In this document: positions 24,447 to 33,516 of the stretch, piece by piece | How positions within the stretch are numbered: the first letter of the stretch is position 1 | How the letters are laid out: each line of letters begins with the position of its first letter | Assembly (NCBI GenBank): GCA_002725955.1 | Contig: PBRN01000273.1 | Coordinates: forward strand, 1-37,218 | Direction of reading: 5' to 3' | Origin: Pseudobdellovibrionaceae bacterium | GTDB taxonomy: Bacteria > Bdellovibrionota_B > Oligoflexia > Oligoflexales > Oligoflexaceae | DNA length: 37,218 nucleotides | Position numbers and translations under genes: made by a program | Notes under the pieces: generated by a model | Told to the model about the DNA's origin: nothing | Database searches by the model: none | The model's input: the letters and a program-made list of their open reading frames with translations, nothing else

Positions 24447-24994
24447 AGAAAGTTGCCTTTCTGGTTGTATTCGTTACATGAGGACCTTTAATCAGCAGAT
24501 ATTGTAGACTGACACAAGAAACATCAAGGTGGAATACTAATATGTTTTTTGACAGCCTAAATGACCCTTGTCTATTTTACACCTATCTAAACCAACCACA
24601 AAACGACTGAACCCCCTCTTCCTGATTGCTTGTCATAGCTTTGTGATGGAAATCTTTGTGGTGGATAGCGCAGCAATTTTTTCATCTTCAGACATTCACA
24701 TGATCGTATTTTTACCCATACATTGGTTGTTTGTTGATCAACAAGCATTCGCCCTAACCTATCGCAGCGCAATATCGATATAATTTTTGTTAATAAATAT
24801 AGCTTTATGGAGCTTTTTATTTGGTTCTAGACGTTTCCTTTAGGCTTTAATAACTGTGAACCTAGCTATCTATTGCAACACAAGAAAACATAAAAACTAG
24901 CAACAACTATTGAGATAATTGCTATCGTAAGCATGATTCTTTCGATACTATCTTGGTTTATATTTGATCACAACTGCTCAGGAGTTAAAACACT

Positions 24995-26119
24995 ATGGGA
25001 CTGTTCTCATTGTCTAATGTAAAACCAATCCTTTTTTCTGCTTTGGTAGCCGGTACTGCACTGAGTGCTAAAACAAAAACAATTAAGATTGCGGTAGCAG
25101 GGCCTCATAGTGGCGCAAATGCATCCTTTGGTCTACAGCAATGGCGTGGCGCTACTAAAGCAGCAGAAACTATTAACAAAAATGGCGGTATTGACGGCCG
25201 TAAAATAGAAATCGTTAAGGCTGATGACGCCTGTGAACCAAAACAAGCGGTATCAGTTGCCAATCTGATGGTTGACAAAGAAAAAGTTGTTGCCATTAAT
25301 GGGCACTTCTGTTCGTCATCAACCATACCTGCCTCCGAAGTATACGATGATGCCAATGTACTTATGATTACTCCTGCGTCGACTAACCCTACGGTGACTG
25401 ACCGCGGTTTACCAACCCTACTCCGCATGTGTGGACGGGACGACCAACAAGGGGTTGTTGCTGGCGATTTTATAGCTAAAAAATTGAAGGCTAAGCGCGT
25501 TGCCGTTGTTCATGATAAAACTACCTATGGTCGTGGCTTGGCAGATGCAACGTCTAAGCAATTAGGCAAATTTAAAATCAAGCCGGTTTTGTATGAAGGC
25601 CTTACTCTTGGCGAGAAAGATTTCAATGCTCTGGTTACTAAAATCAAGAGTAAAAAAGCTGAGGTAGTCTACTTTGGAGGCCTGCATACCGAGGCAGGAT
25701 TGCTACTAAAACAGATGAGAGACCAAGGTTTAAAAGCCAAATTCGTATCAGGAGATGGCGTTGTATCAGGTGAATTTGTTGCTTCAGCTGGTGGCAAAAA
25801 GTATGTTGATGGTGTCTACGTGACCTTTGGTCCTGATCCACGTAAACTTGATTCCAGCAAGAAAGTGGTCGCTGATTTTAAGAAGGATGGTTATGACCCT
25901 GAAGGTTACACCTTGTATTCATACTCCGTAGTTCAAGCGGTGGCTCAAGCGGTAAAGGCTACTAAGTCAACTGACGGCAAAGTTCTGGCTCAATGGCTAA
26001 AAAGCAATAAAGTAGAAACCGTAATGGGAACCAAAGGTTGGGATAAAAAAGGTGACCTGACTGCCGGTGGCTATGTTATTTATAAGTGGAATAATAAAGG
26101 TACATACGACGAAATATAA
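24995..26119 (+). CDS. Periplasmic branched-chain-amino-acid-type (LivJ/LivK family) substrate-binding protein, orphan
   Basis: AGGAG Shine-Dalgarno and a signal peptide. IKIAVAGPHSGANASFGLQQWRGATKAAETINKNGGIDGRKIEIVKADDACEPKQAVSVANLMV.DKVVAINGHFCSSSTIPASEVYDDANVLMITPASTNPTVTDRG is typical of the LivK type-I periplasmic binding fold. No permease or ATPase genes are adjacent. Confidence 0.85.
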   Translation: MGLFSLSNVKPILFSALVAGTALSAKTKTIKIAVAGPHSGANASFGLQQWRGATKAAETINKNGGIDGRKIEIVKADDACEPKQAVSVANLMVDKEKVVAINGHFCSSSTIPASEVYDDANVLMITPASTNPTVTDRGLPTLLRMCGRDDQQGVVAGDFIAKKLKAKRVAVVHDKTTYGRGLADATSKQLGKFKIKPVLYEGLTLGEKDFNALVTKIKSKKAEVVYFGGLHTEAGLLLKQMRDQGLKAKFVSGDGVVSGEFVASAGGKKYVDGVYVTFGPDPRKLDSSKKVVADFKKDGYDPEGYTLYSYSVVQAVAQAVKATKSTDGKVLAQWLKSNKVETVMGTKGWDKKGDLTAGGYVIYKWNNKGTYDEI

Positions 26120-26157
26120 TCAATGTATGGATGCATGTCTCCTAGGTTAAAGGGGAC

Positions 26158-26673
26158 ATGCAGCTCACGCCTCCCCAGAAGATCTACATGAAAATAAGAA
26201 CCATCCAGCCTCAAGATAATAATCAATTGAATCGGATTATCACTCAATGTGCTGAGGAGTTCAATCTTATTGGTGAAGGATATGGACCTTCTGATCCAGA
26301 AGTATCGAAAATGTTTGAAGCTTATCACCGACCTGGTTTCTCTTATTTAGTCATCGAGAGTGATAAGGGTGAAATACTTGGTGGGGCGGGAATTGGCAAG
26401 CTAATAGGGGCTCCTAATCATTGGTGTGAATTAAGAAAGATGTATCTCGATCCCTCTGCTCGCAAGAGAGGTTATGGAAGACAGCTTCTAACAGCTCTCC
26501 TGACTATAGCAAGCAAAGATCATTATACAGTATGCTACCTAGAAACTACCGCTATCTTAGCCAATGCAATTCGTTTATATGAAAATTATGGTTTTATCAG
26601 ATTATCAGAACCTATCAGTTATAGCGTCCACAGCTCATGTGAAGTAGCTATGGTGATGGATCCGATCATTTAG
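26158..26673 (+). CDS. GNAT family N-acetyltransferase
   Basis: Motif A, ELRKMYLDPSARKRGYGRQLL (Q/RxxGxG/A), followed by …LETTAILANAIRLYENYGF. Confidence 0.8.
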   Translation: MQLTPPQKIYMKIRTIQPQDNNQLNRIITQCAEEFNLIGEGYGPSDPEVSKMFEAYHRPGFSYLVIESDKGEILGGAGIGKLIGAPNHWCELRKMYLDPSARKRGYGRQLLTALLTIASKDHYTVCYLETTAILANAIRLYENYGFIRLSEPISYSVHSSCEVAMVMDPII

Positions 26674-26919
26674 GATATAAAAGGCACTCGTATCTGCCCA
26701 CAACTATGTTCTGCATATTCATCCCATTAGAATTATTAGTTGTTGGTTATGATCTTGCTACTAAGACCCTTCTGAATTTAGCAGGTAAATTTGAGATCTA
26801 TCGTGATATATTATTATCACAACAGACGCACATGGCGTTAACCGAAAGGAAGACTCATTCATCTGTATTTTTTGCTATAACAGCAGATTTTTGTTCTAAC
26901 CAAAACCTAAGGCGTAAAA

Positions 26920-29658
26920 TTGATTATAAACTGGATCAATTCAAGACTTTCTAGAAAACTCAATTTATACATAGTAGCCACATTTAGTTTGGCCGTCGTC
27001 GGCTTGTCGTTCATGATTGTGTCAACAAATTTTGAAAACTCTAAAAAAGATTTGCAATCACGAGCAAATCAGGCAGGTAAACTAGCCTCAAGAGCATTAG
27101 CTCAAGCCATCTGGGACATGGATATCAATTCCATGAATAAAACAGCTGATGCCTTAATGCTCGATGAAGAAATGATCTATCTGCGTATATATAATGACTT
27201 TGATCATGAGACCGTACGAACCCGTGGCATTGGAAAGAAACTATCGGTTGATATGCTTAAGCAAAGCCCTCGCTTTCCTACTTCGCAGATAGCAATAGAG
27301 AGAAATGATCAAAACATAGCAAATGTTGAAATTGTAATGGGAGATGCAAGCATTGTCGAAAGGGCTAAAAGAAGCGCTATTTCTATAATCACCCTAAGCA
27401 TCTCGGTTTTAATCATTATCGCTCTGGTCATGACTTGGGTGCTCAACACTGTGATCAAAAAGCCACTTTTGGTGCTTGGTGCACATGCAGCGCGGGTTAC
27501 TACTGGGGAGCTGGAACATGAAATTGACGTGAGTAGAAAAGACGAACTTGGAAATCTAGCTCGGTCTTTTAAAGAAATGCAAGGCTCAATTCGTAAGAAA
27601 ATCCAAGATCTGTATTCACTTAATGAAGCTGGTGAGACTATCATGGATTCCAATTCGGAATCCGGCGTACTTACCTTTTGTATTAAAAGGCTTGAAGAAC
27701 ATAATAAATTTTCTGAAGGGTCAGTCTATTTATATGATAAAACAATAGATAAGCTAAAATTGTTAGCTAGTGATCAGGAATCTAAATCCTTGAATGAAGA
27801 GATCCTTGTAAACACGACAGATGGGATCCTTGGGGCTGCTGTAACTAACAGAAAAGTGATATTTGTCCACGACACTAATACAGATAGCCGCTTTCCTGAA
27901 CTAAAGTCGACTATGAAAGAAGCCCGACTAGCCATACCGATGATTGATGCTGGACAATTATTTGGAGTTATGACCTTTTCCGGAGACAGTTCTAAAGTAA
28001 AATTTGAAGATACTGATATGGATTTTTGTGCCACTCTCTCACGTCTTTCAGTAAGCCGAGTGAAGAGTATACATATGATTGGTGTTATTGAGGAACACAA
28101 TAGAACATTGGAAAAAAAGGTAGAAGAAAGAACGCAGAGCTTAAAAACTAAAACCAATGATATCAATGCGATGTTGCAAAACATGAAGCAGGGTATTTTT
28201 ACATTTAATGGTAACCTCAAAATACATCATGAATATTCCGCTCATTTAGAAAAGATTTTAGAACATAACAATATAGCGAATCAAAATCTATACGACCTTA
28301 TTTTAAGTCATACCGAACTCGGATCCGACCAAAACTCGCAAATAACAGCATGTTTACAGTCCTGTTTTGGGGAAACTGCTTTAGCTTGGGATTGTAATAG
28401 TCATCTATTACCTAGAGAAGTTAATTATACTTCACTAAACGAAGAACGTAAGATTCTTGAATTTGACTGGAACCCTACTTTTGACGACGACGACCTAATT
28501 GAAAAATTTATCGTTACGGTAAGAGATGTAACTGTTCTCAAAGAACTTGAAAAAGAATCAGAGCATCAAAAGCAGGAACTTAATATCATTAGCGAAATTA
28601 TAAATATTCCTCAAAATCGTTTTAATGATTTTATTAAAAACTCTAAGAATTTCATTCTAGATAATCAAACCATTCTAGAGAACTACTCCGATAAAAAAAA
28701 TGATGATATAAAAAACATGATCGAGATTCTATTTCGCAATATGCATACCATTAAGGGTAATGCTCGCGTTTATGGCTTTCGCTTAATTTCTGATATTGTT
28801 CATAATGCCGAACAATTTTATGACCAAATTCGGCAGGGTGTTGAACAATGGGACACAGTTAAGCTCAAAGCTGATCTGCTAGAGGTAGAGGCGGTGATCG
28901 ATTCATATGAAAAGATTAACGCCGATAAATTAGCGTCTTTGTCGACTCAAGAAAGTGATAAAGGGCTCACGGTTGAAGATTTACAGAATGTACAAGATAT
29001 TTTTGATGCGCTTAAGCCTAAAATAAAAGGCGAAGATCACAGTCTATTAAATAAAGTGTCTCAAATGATTGATATGAAGGAATACGTCCCTGTCGAAGAA
29101 GCAACAAATCAGGTCATTAAATCGATGCCGCATCTCGCAAAAACTTTGGGCAAGGAGAATCCTGAAGTCATCATAAATAATCCAAGGATCCGTATTCCAT
29201 CAAAATATCAATCGACTATTGAGGATGCTTTTACCCATATTTTAAGAAATTCGTTAGATCATGGCATAGAAAAGCCAGAGGTCCGCAAAGGAAAAGGCAA
29301 GAAAGAAGCCGGCACAATAAATATTTTGTGGTCAGAGACTCAAAATGCTATTACCGCTACAATTCAAGATGATGGCCAAGGACTTAATTTAAACAAGCTT
29401 AGACAAATCTTTAGTAACAATGGATCTTCTGATACGGCTAGCTCTGTTAGCGATGCTGAGCTAGCAGAAACTATTTTCCGCTCAGGTATGTCAACAGCTG
29501 AAACAGTCAGTCAAATTTCAGGCCGTGGCGTTGGACTTGAAGCAGTTCGAAACTTTATTCGTAATTTAGGCGGCGATATTGCCGTTAAGTTCAATGGTGA
29601 TAAAAATAATAAAGGTTATCGTCCAATAATCTTTGAAATAGAAATTAAGAAGGCATGA
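26920..29658 (+). CDS. Membrane sensor kinase: TM-periplasmic loop-TM-HAMP-GAF-PAS-like-Hpt-CheA-type HATPase (no CheW-like P5 domain)
   Basis: TTG start, since no ATG lies upstream of TM1. TM1 is LYIVATFSLAVVGLSFMIV and TM2 is AISIITLSISVLIIIALVMTWVL. HAMP begins KKPLLVLGAHAARVTTGELEHEIDVSRKDELGNLARSFKEMQ (nt ~27457-27615). A GAF-like block follows (…VYLYDK…ILGAAVTNRKVIFVHDTNTDSRF…LAIPMIDAGQLFGVMTF). The Hpt motif FRNMHTIKGNARVYGF places the His at codon 609 (nt 28744-28746). The CheA P4 signature is VPVEEA…LAKTLGKENPEVIINNPRIRIPSKYQSTIEDAFTHILRNSLDHGIEKPEVRKGKGKKEAGTINI…IQDDGQGLN…ISGRGVGLEAVRNFIRNLGGDI. The protein ends ~25 aa later. Confidence 0.8.
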   Translation: MIINWINSRLSRKLNLYIVATFSLAVVGLSFMIVSTNFENSKKDLQSRANQAGKLASRALAQAIWDMDINSMNKTADALMLDEEMIYLRIYNDFDHETVRTRGIGKKLSVDMLKQSPRFPTSQIAIERNDQNIANVEIVMGDASIVERAKRSAISIITLSISVLIIIALVMTWVLNTVIKKPLLVLGAHAARVTTGELEHEIDVSRKDELGNLARSFKEMQGSIRKKIQDLYSLNEAGETIMDSNSESGVLTFCIKRLEEHNKFSEGSVYLYDKTIDKLKLLASDQESKSLNEEILVNTTDGILGAAVTNRKVIFVHDTNTDSRFPELKSTMKEARLAIPMIDAGQLFGVMTFSGDSSKVKFEDTDMDFCATLSRLSVSRVKSIHMIGVIEEHNRTLEKKVEERTQSLKTKTNDINAMLQNMKQGIFTFNGNLKIHHEYSAHLEKILEHNNIANQNLYDLILSHTELGSDQNSQITACLQSCFGETALAWDCNSHLLPREVNYTSLNEERKILEFDWNPTFDDDDLIEKFIVTVRDVTVLKELEKESEHQKQELNIISEIINIPQNRFNDFIKNSKNFILDNQTILENYSDKKNDDIKNMIEILFRNMHTIKGNARVYGFRLISDIVHNAEQFYDQIRQGVEQWDTVKLKADLLEVEAVIDSYEKINADKLASLSTQESDKGLTVEDLQNVQDIFDALKPKIKGEDHSLLNKVSQMIDMKEYVPVEEATNQVIKSMPHLAKTLGKENPEVIINNPRIRIPSKYQSTIEDAFTHILRNSLDHGIEKPEVRKGKGKKEAGTINILWSETQNAITATIQDDGQGLNLNKLRQIFSNNGSSDTASSVSDAELAETIFRSGMSTAETVSQISGRGVGLEAVRNFIRNLGGDIAVKFNGDKNNKGYRPIIFEIEIKKA

Positions 29659-29822
29659 ACATATACACCGAGCATAGTTAGTAAATTATTATTGACAGCA
29701 TCAGAAGATATCCTAGTGTACCGAATAGAATAGCCGAATAATATTTATAAATATATGTATGGCGAGAAATTTATCGGGTGGTCGCAGGCATTGATACCAG
29801 CATGATCGGATATTAGAGAGGA

Positions 29823-30206
29823 TCAGCTGGCTTTAGATGGCGCAAATCTATCCAAAATCTGTTCAAGAATTTTTGTTTCAATCGGCTTCACTACCCATCC
29901 ATTTGCCCCCAAACTTCTAGCTTCGTCAACATAGGGTTGAGTGTTTTCTGTAGAAAGAACAAATATAGGAGGCTTCTCTATTTCGTCTTCATGTTTTTTG
30001 AGATCCCTAAGAGTATCTAAGCCATTCATTATAGGCATATTGATATCCAAAAACATCAAGTCTATATCATTGGACTTTAATGTTTCAACCACTTTACTGC
30101 CGTTTTCTAGTTGCATACTTTCGTAACCGTAACCACGCAGAAGAATACTCAATTGTGTTCTGATTGTGACTGAATCGTCTACCAGTAAAACCATTCCTTT
30201 AGACAT
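29823..30206 (-). CDS. Single-domain CheY-like response regulator
   Basis: 127 aa. VLLVDDS (acidic pocket), LMFLDINMP (phospho-Asp), FVLSTE (Thr) and GWVVKP (Lys) are all present. There is no output domain. It is convergent with the kinase gene, with a 164-nt gap. Confidence 0.88.
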   Translation of the reverse strand: MSKGMVLLVDDSVTIRTQLSILLRGYGYESMQLENGSKVVETLKSNDIDLMFLDINMPIMNGLDTLRDLKKHEDEIEKPPIFVLSTENTQPYVDEARSLGANGWVVKPIETKILEQILDRFAPSKAS

Positions 30207-30477
30207 AATGAAAGCCCTTTCGCTTCTGCGGCAGCTTATCCGCTTTTAATCAGCGTTTTTATCGGAGCCACCTATCTAAACATTAGAAGCTATTTTACCT
30301 AGAATTTAACCACCTGATATTCAGGGATATTATTTCCAATAGTGCCTTTGCAGACACTGACTTACAGTGGGGGAAGAGGTGCGAATTAAAAGCAGGCTTT
30401 TGCAATGAACTGGGTGATCCGCTAAGTCTCTAGAATAAAGCGCTGAAGCAGAGAGTGGTTCGAGACTTTCGCATTGG

Positions 30478-31956
30478 CTAAAGAGAGTTAAGAAAAGCTA
30501 GTAATAAAGATCGTTCTTTAGGAGTTAAATTACGGTAATGATCCCGAGCCGCAAGCGCTTCACCGCCGTGCCACAAAACAGCCTCTTCAATATTCCTCGC
30601 CCGCCCATCGTGCAGCAATTGGGTGTGGCCACTAACAGCTTCCGTCGCACCTAAACCCCATAATGGTGGAGTGCGCCACTCTCGTCCTGTAGCCCCCCCT
30701 TCACCTCTATGGTCAGCGAGGTCTGGCCCCATATCATGCAGGAGTAAGTCACTCCACGGCCATATTTTTTGGTTAGAGAGAGCTTTTAATTTTTTATCAT
30801 TTCCCGTTAAATAGCCTGGGCGATGACATCCTGCGCATCCACTGGCAAAGAAGATTTTCCTTCCAAGCTTTACTTGCTTATCTTTGAATTTAGTCCGCAC
30901 AGGAACAGCTAAATGACGACTATAGAAAAGTACCAGCTCTAACATTTTAGGTGTCACTTCAAAATCTTCTTTTTGATTGGACTGTCCATGAGGCGATGTA
31001 AGGCACTCTTTTTGACTATCTGTACAATCTCCAGCCGGCGAAGGGGTTAGTGGCGCAGAAAGGCCAATATCACCATTGAATGCTTCCTGAATTTGCTGAT
31101 TCATAGTGGGTTGACCAGCTTTCCAACCAAACCTACCCGGCATAATTTTCTGATATTCTTTACTCCAGACAAGATTGACTCGTCCTGATACGCCATCCTT
31201 ATTTTTATCTTCTGGATCCGCTTGAGCAAGTATTGCTTCCACTGGAATCAATTCTAATAAACCAAGACCTATCATCGGAGGAGCTATGCGAGGAGACATC
31301 AGCACATTTTTATGCAATGGGCCGTAACCTAAATGAGTGATTTTATAAGAGGGGACTCTAAGTACAACTGATGGAGCACCACGTAATGAGACTTTCCTCT
31401 CGTGGTAAGTAATGTTTATCCGGCCTTCTGCATTTTGACCTGCGACGGCCATATCTTGCAATTGCTTACCATAATTAGGCTCAGGAATGACATGCACTCT
31501 TCCACTTTTAAGCTGAGCAAAGTCCTTTTTGGTTTCCGGTTTTATACTTAATCTGAGCAGCATCGAAACCGAATTATCTTTGGGCCAGTTACCTTCAGGT
31601 GTGTGGCCTCGGCCATCTTTTAGATGACAATTTTGACATGATCTAGCATTGAACAGTGGCCCCAAGCCATCAGCAGACTTAGTTGAAGAAGGAGATGAAA
31701 CCCACAATCGGGTAAAAAGGCTATCACCCATTGCAAAATCAGCCTGTTGTATGAAAGTTATATTGGCGGCTGGCTGTGAAAAAGCATTCCGGTTGCGCTT
31801 TCCTCGAAAGGTTGCGGTGCCACCCGGAAAAACTTCACTGGGATCTTCTATCAAAAATTTTTTCAGATTATTAGCAAGAGAATCATCGCTAATCAGGCTG
31901 AGAATCAACATAATCTGTAAGGCGCAAATAAACTTGCGCCCACTAAATAACACCAA
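30478..31956 (-). CDS. DUF1111 family di-haem c-type oxidoreductase
   Basis: Two CxxCH haem-binding motifs (CQNCH and CAGCH). Family blocks FGWKAGQPT, REWRTPPLWGLG, LLHDGRARNIEEAVLWHGGEA and a signal peptide are present. The TTG start directly abuts the imelysin stop. Confidence 0.85.
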   Translation of the reverse strand: MVLFSGRKFICALQIMLILSLISDDSLANNLKKFLIEDPSEVFPGGTATFRGKRNRNAFSQPAANITFIQQADFAMGDSLFTRLWVSSPSSTKSADGLGPLFNARSCQNCHLKDGRGHTPEGNWPKDNSVSMLLRLSIKPETKKDFAQLKSGRVHVIPEPNYGKQLQDMAVAGQNAEGRINITYHERKVSLRGAPSVVLRVPSYKITHLGYGPLHKNVLMSPRIAPPMIGLGLLELIPVEAILAQADPEDKNKDGVSGRVNLVWSKEYQKIMPGRFGWKAGQPTMNQQIQEAFNGDIGLSAPLTPSPAGDCTDSQKECLTSPHGQSNQKEDFEVTPKMLELVLFYSRHLAVPVRTKFKDKQVKLGRKIFFASGCAGCHRPGYLTGNDKKLKALSNQKIWPWSDLLLHDMGPDLADHRGEGGATGREWRTPPLWGLGATEAVSGHTQLLHDGRARNIEEAVLWHGGEALAARDHYRNLTPKERSLLLAFLNSL

Positions 31957-33243
31957 TTAATTTACCTTTTCTGGATGATCTAAACTGTCAGATCCCTCAA
32001 ACTCAACTCTATCAAGTTTCAAAGTCGCTACTACTTTTTGAATAACCTGCGTCTGATCAGAAAGTGCTTTCACAATATCGGAGATAATCTTTTCTCCTTT
32101 TTTATTACCAGGTGCAAGTAACTGATCATAGGCGGTACCTGACTCAGCCGTTTTGACTAGTACATCCATTTTTTGTTCAGTATTCGCCAAACTCCTCCGC
32201 ATGTCTTTATCGACTTTAGGAGCTAGTTTCTTTAATAGGTGAGTCAATCCATAACCCCTAAATATCTTACCGTTAATATCCTTATACTCTCCCAAGTATA
32301 TGTTCTTGATACCAAGAGCGTCATAATAATGGGAATAATGGGTATTGTCTGAAAAGCAGTCATGTTCTTCTTCGGGGTCGTTCAGCATTAAACCGAGCTT
32401 GATCCTTTCCCCTGCTAATTCACCGTAAGCCAAGCTACCCATTCCGGTCAAAATAGCTTTCAATGCTTCTTTTTCTTTCCCTTTTTTAGTTATTTTGGTC
32501 CGAGCATCCCCGTTCTTATCCCATTGGGCAACTATATATTGAAGGTCTTGGACTAGGAGATCACCTGCAGCCTTGAGATATTGCCCTCGCCGATCACAGT
32601 TTTTGTTAGTACATTGCTTGATATCATAATCTGTGTGAGATCTTTGCCCCGCTCCCGGCTTATGGCCATTCAGGTCTTGTCCCCAGAGCAGAAACTCAAT
32701 TGCATGATAGCCTGTAGCAACATTACTTTCGACCCCTTCATATTCGTGAAGAGACTGTAATGTATGAATCGTAATCTCGGGTGATTTTAACACAGTGCTT
32801 CCCAGCTTTAGTTTGGGGTTAGCTACAACGTTGGCTTGGAAATAAGGGTTCTGATCAGATTTTCCATAACTGGTATTGTCTACATAGTCGATAAAACCTT
32901 CATCAAGCGGCCAGGCATTAACTTTTCCTTCCCAGTCATCGACAATTGAGTTCCCAAAACGATACACTTCACTTTGTTGGTAAGGAACCCGGGCATCAAT
33001 CCATGCTACTTTTGCCGCTTTTAAAGAAGCGGCGGAAGGTTTTGAAATCAGATTGTCAATGGCTTTTTGTAAAGTCTTAGCACTGTTTAATGAGTCAGAA
33101 TAGACTTTCAGAGCTATATCACTATATGTTTCTACTACCTTGGTATTGGTCACATTCATGGCTTTATGGTCGTCGTGTTTAGATCCACCAAAGCCCGTTG
33201 TTGAAACCATCAGACCGCAAATTAGCGTTAATATTTTATTCAT
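31957..33243 (-). CDS. Imelysin (peptidase M75-like / iron-regulated protein A-like) family protein
   Basis: Signal peptide. GxHxxE motif in ATGYHAIEFLLWGQDL. It is paired with DUF1111, the usual genomic partner of imelysins. Confidence 0.8.
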   Translation of the reverse strand: MNKILTLICGLMVSTTGFGGSKHDDHKAMNVTNTKVVETYSDIALKVYSDSLNSAKTLQKAIDNLISKPSAASLKAAKVAWIDARVPYQQSEVYRFGNSIVDDWEGKVNAWPLDEGFIDYVDNTSYGKSDQNPYFQANVVANPKLKLGSTVLKSPEITIHTLQSLHEYEGVESNVATGYHAIEFLLWGQDLNGHKPGAGQRSHTDYDIKQCTNKNCDRRGQYLKAAGDLLVQDLQYIVAQWDKNGDARTKITKKGKEKEALKAILTGMGSLAYGELAGERIKLGLMLNDPEEEHDCFSDNTHYSHYYDALGIKNIYLGEYKDINGKIFRGYGLTHLLKKLAPKVDKDMRRSLANTEQKMDVLVKTAESGTAYDQLLAPGNKKGEKIISDIVKALSDQTQVIQKVVATLKLDRVEFEGSDSLDHPEKVN

Positions 33244-33435
33244 TTTTTATCCTACTATCGTTATCAACTCACTAAAATTTACTGGTGCTATTGATTGACC
33301 TACGGGTCATCATCACACACGCCGCTTTTCAAAAATAGATGGGCCAGTGGACCATTGTCAACCTCAACTTAGAAGTAGTCCATCACTCATAAGTGAAGGT
33401 CAACTGAGTCAGCACAGCCAAGTGCTTTTCAATAG

Positions 33436-33462
33436 ATGATTGCAGATTGTACTTGCAATCAT
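33436..33462. promoter_or_regulatory. 9-N9-9 perfect inverted repeat in the imelysin/DUF1295 divergent region (possible operator)
   Basis: ATGATTGCA (33436-33444), then GATTGTACT, then TGCAATCAT (33454-33462). It lies 5 nt upstream of a TTGACC hexamer (33468-33473) and 55 nt upstream of the DUF1295 start. Confidence 0.3.
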
Positions 33463-33516
33463 AACTCTTGACCTATTAAATCTTTTCGTTATTAGACTTA
33501 CACAAAGGCGCAATAA

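Noticed and set aside
24731-24744. Perfect 14-bp palindrome TTGTTGATCAACAA.
   Set aside because: About two perfect 14-bp palindromes are expected by chance in 37 kb. It lies ~250 nt or more from either flanking start codon and is not next to promoter-like hexamers.
24568-24783. Overlapping 71-aa (plus) and 61-aa (minus) ORFs in the gloB/livK-like intergenic region.
   Set aside because: They are mutually antisense, neither has a Shine-Dalgarno or a recognisable motif, and the plus ORF starts with a non-ATG codon.
26706-26954. 82-aa ORF upstream of and overlapping the kinase start.
   Set aside because: It has no Shine-Dalgarno and a hydrophobic, odd composition. It overlaps the kinase N-terminus, which is needed to encode TM1.
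27309-28220. Antisense ORFs (27309-27653, 27774-28220) inside the kinase gene. The same applies to 25105-25428 and 25644-25841 in the SBP gene, 30623-30814 and 31649-31960 in DUF1111, 33720-34049 and 34040-34252 in DUF1295, 35212-35517, 16840-17139, 17991-18341, 20885-21184 and 10598-10852.
   Set aside because: All are nested within or antisense to longer ORFs with clear family motifs. Their Ser/Leu-rich low-complexity translations are typical of shadow frames.
30457-30470. GGTTCGAG resembling a tRNA T-loop.
   Set aside because: The flanking bases do not form a 5-bp T-stem, and no acceptor or anticodon arms can be drawn. I found no tRNA anywhere in the window.
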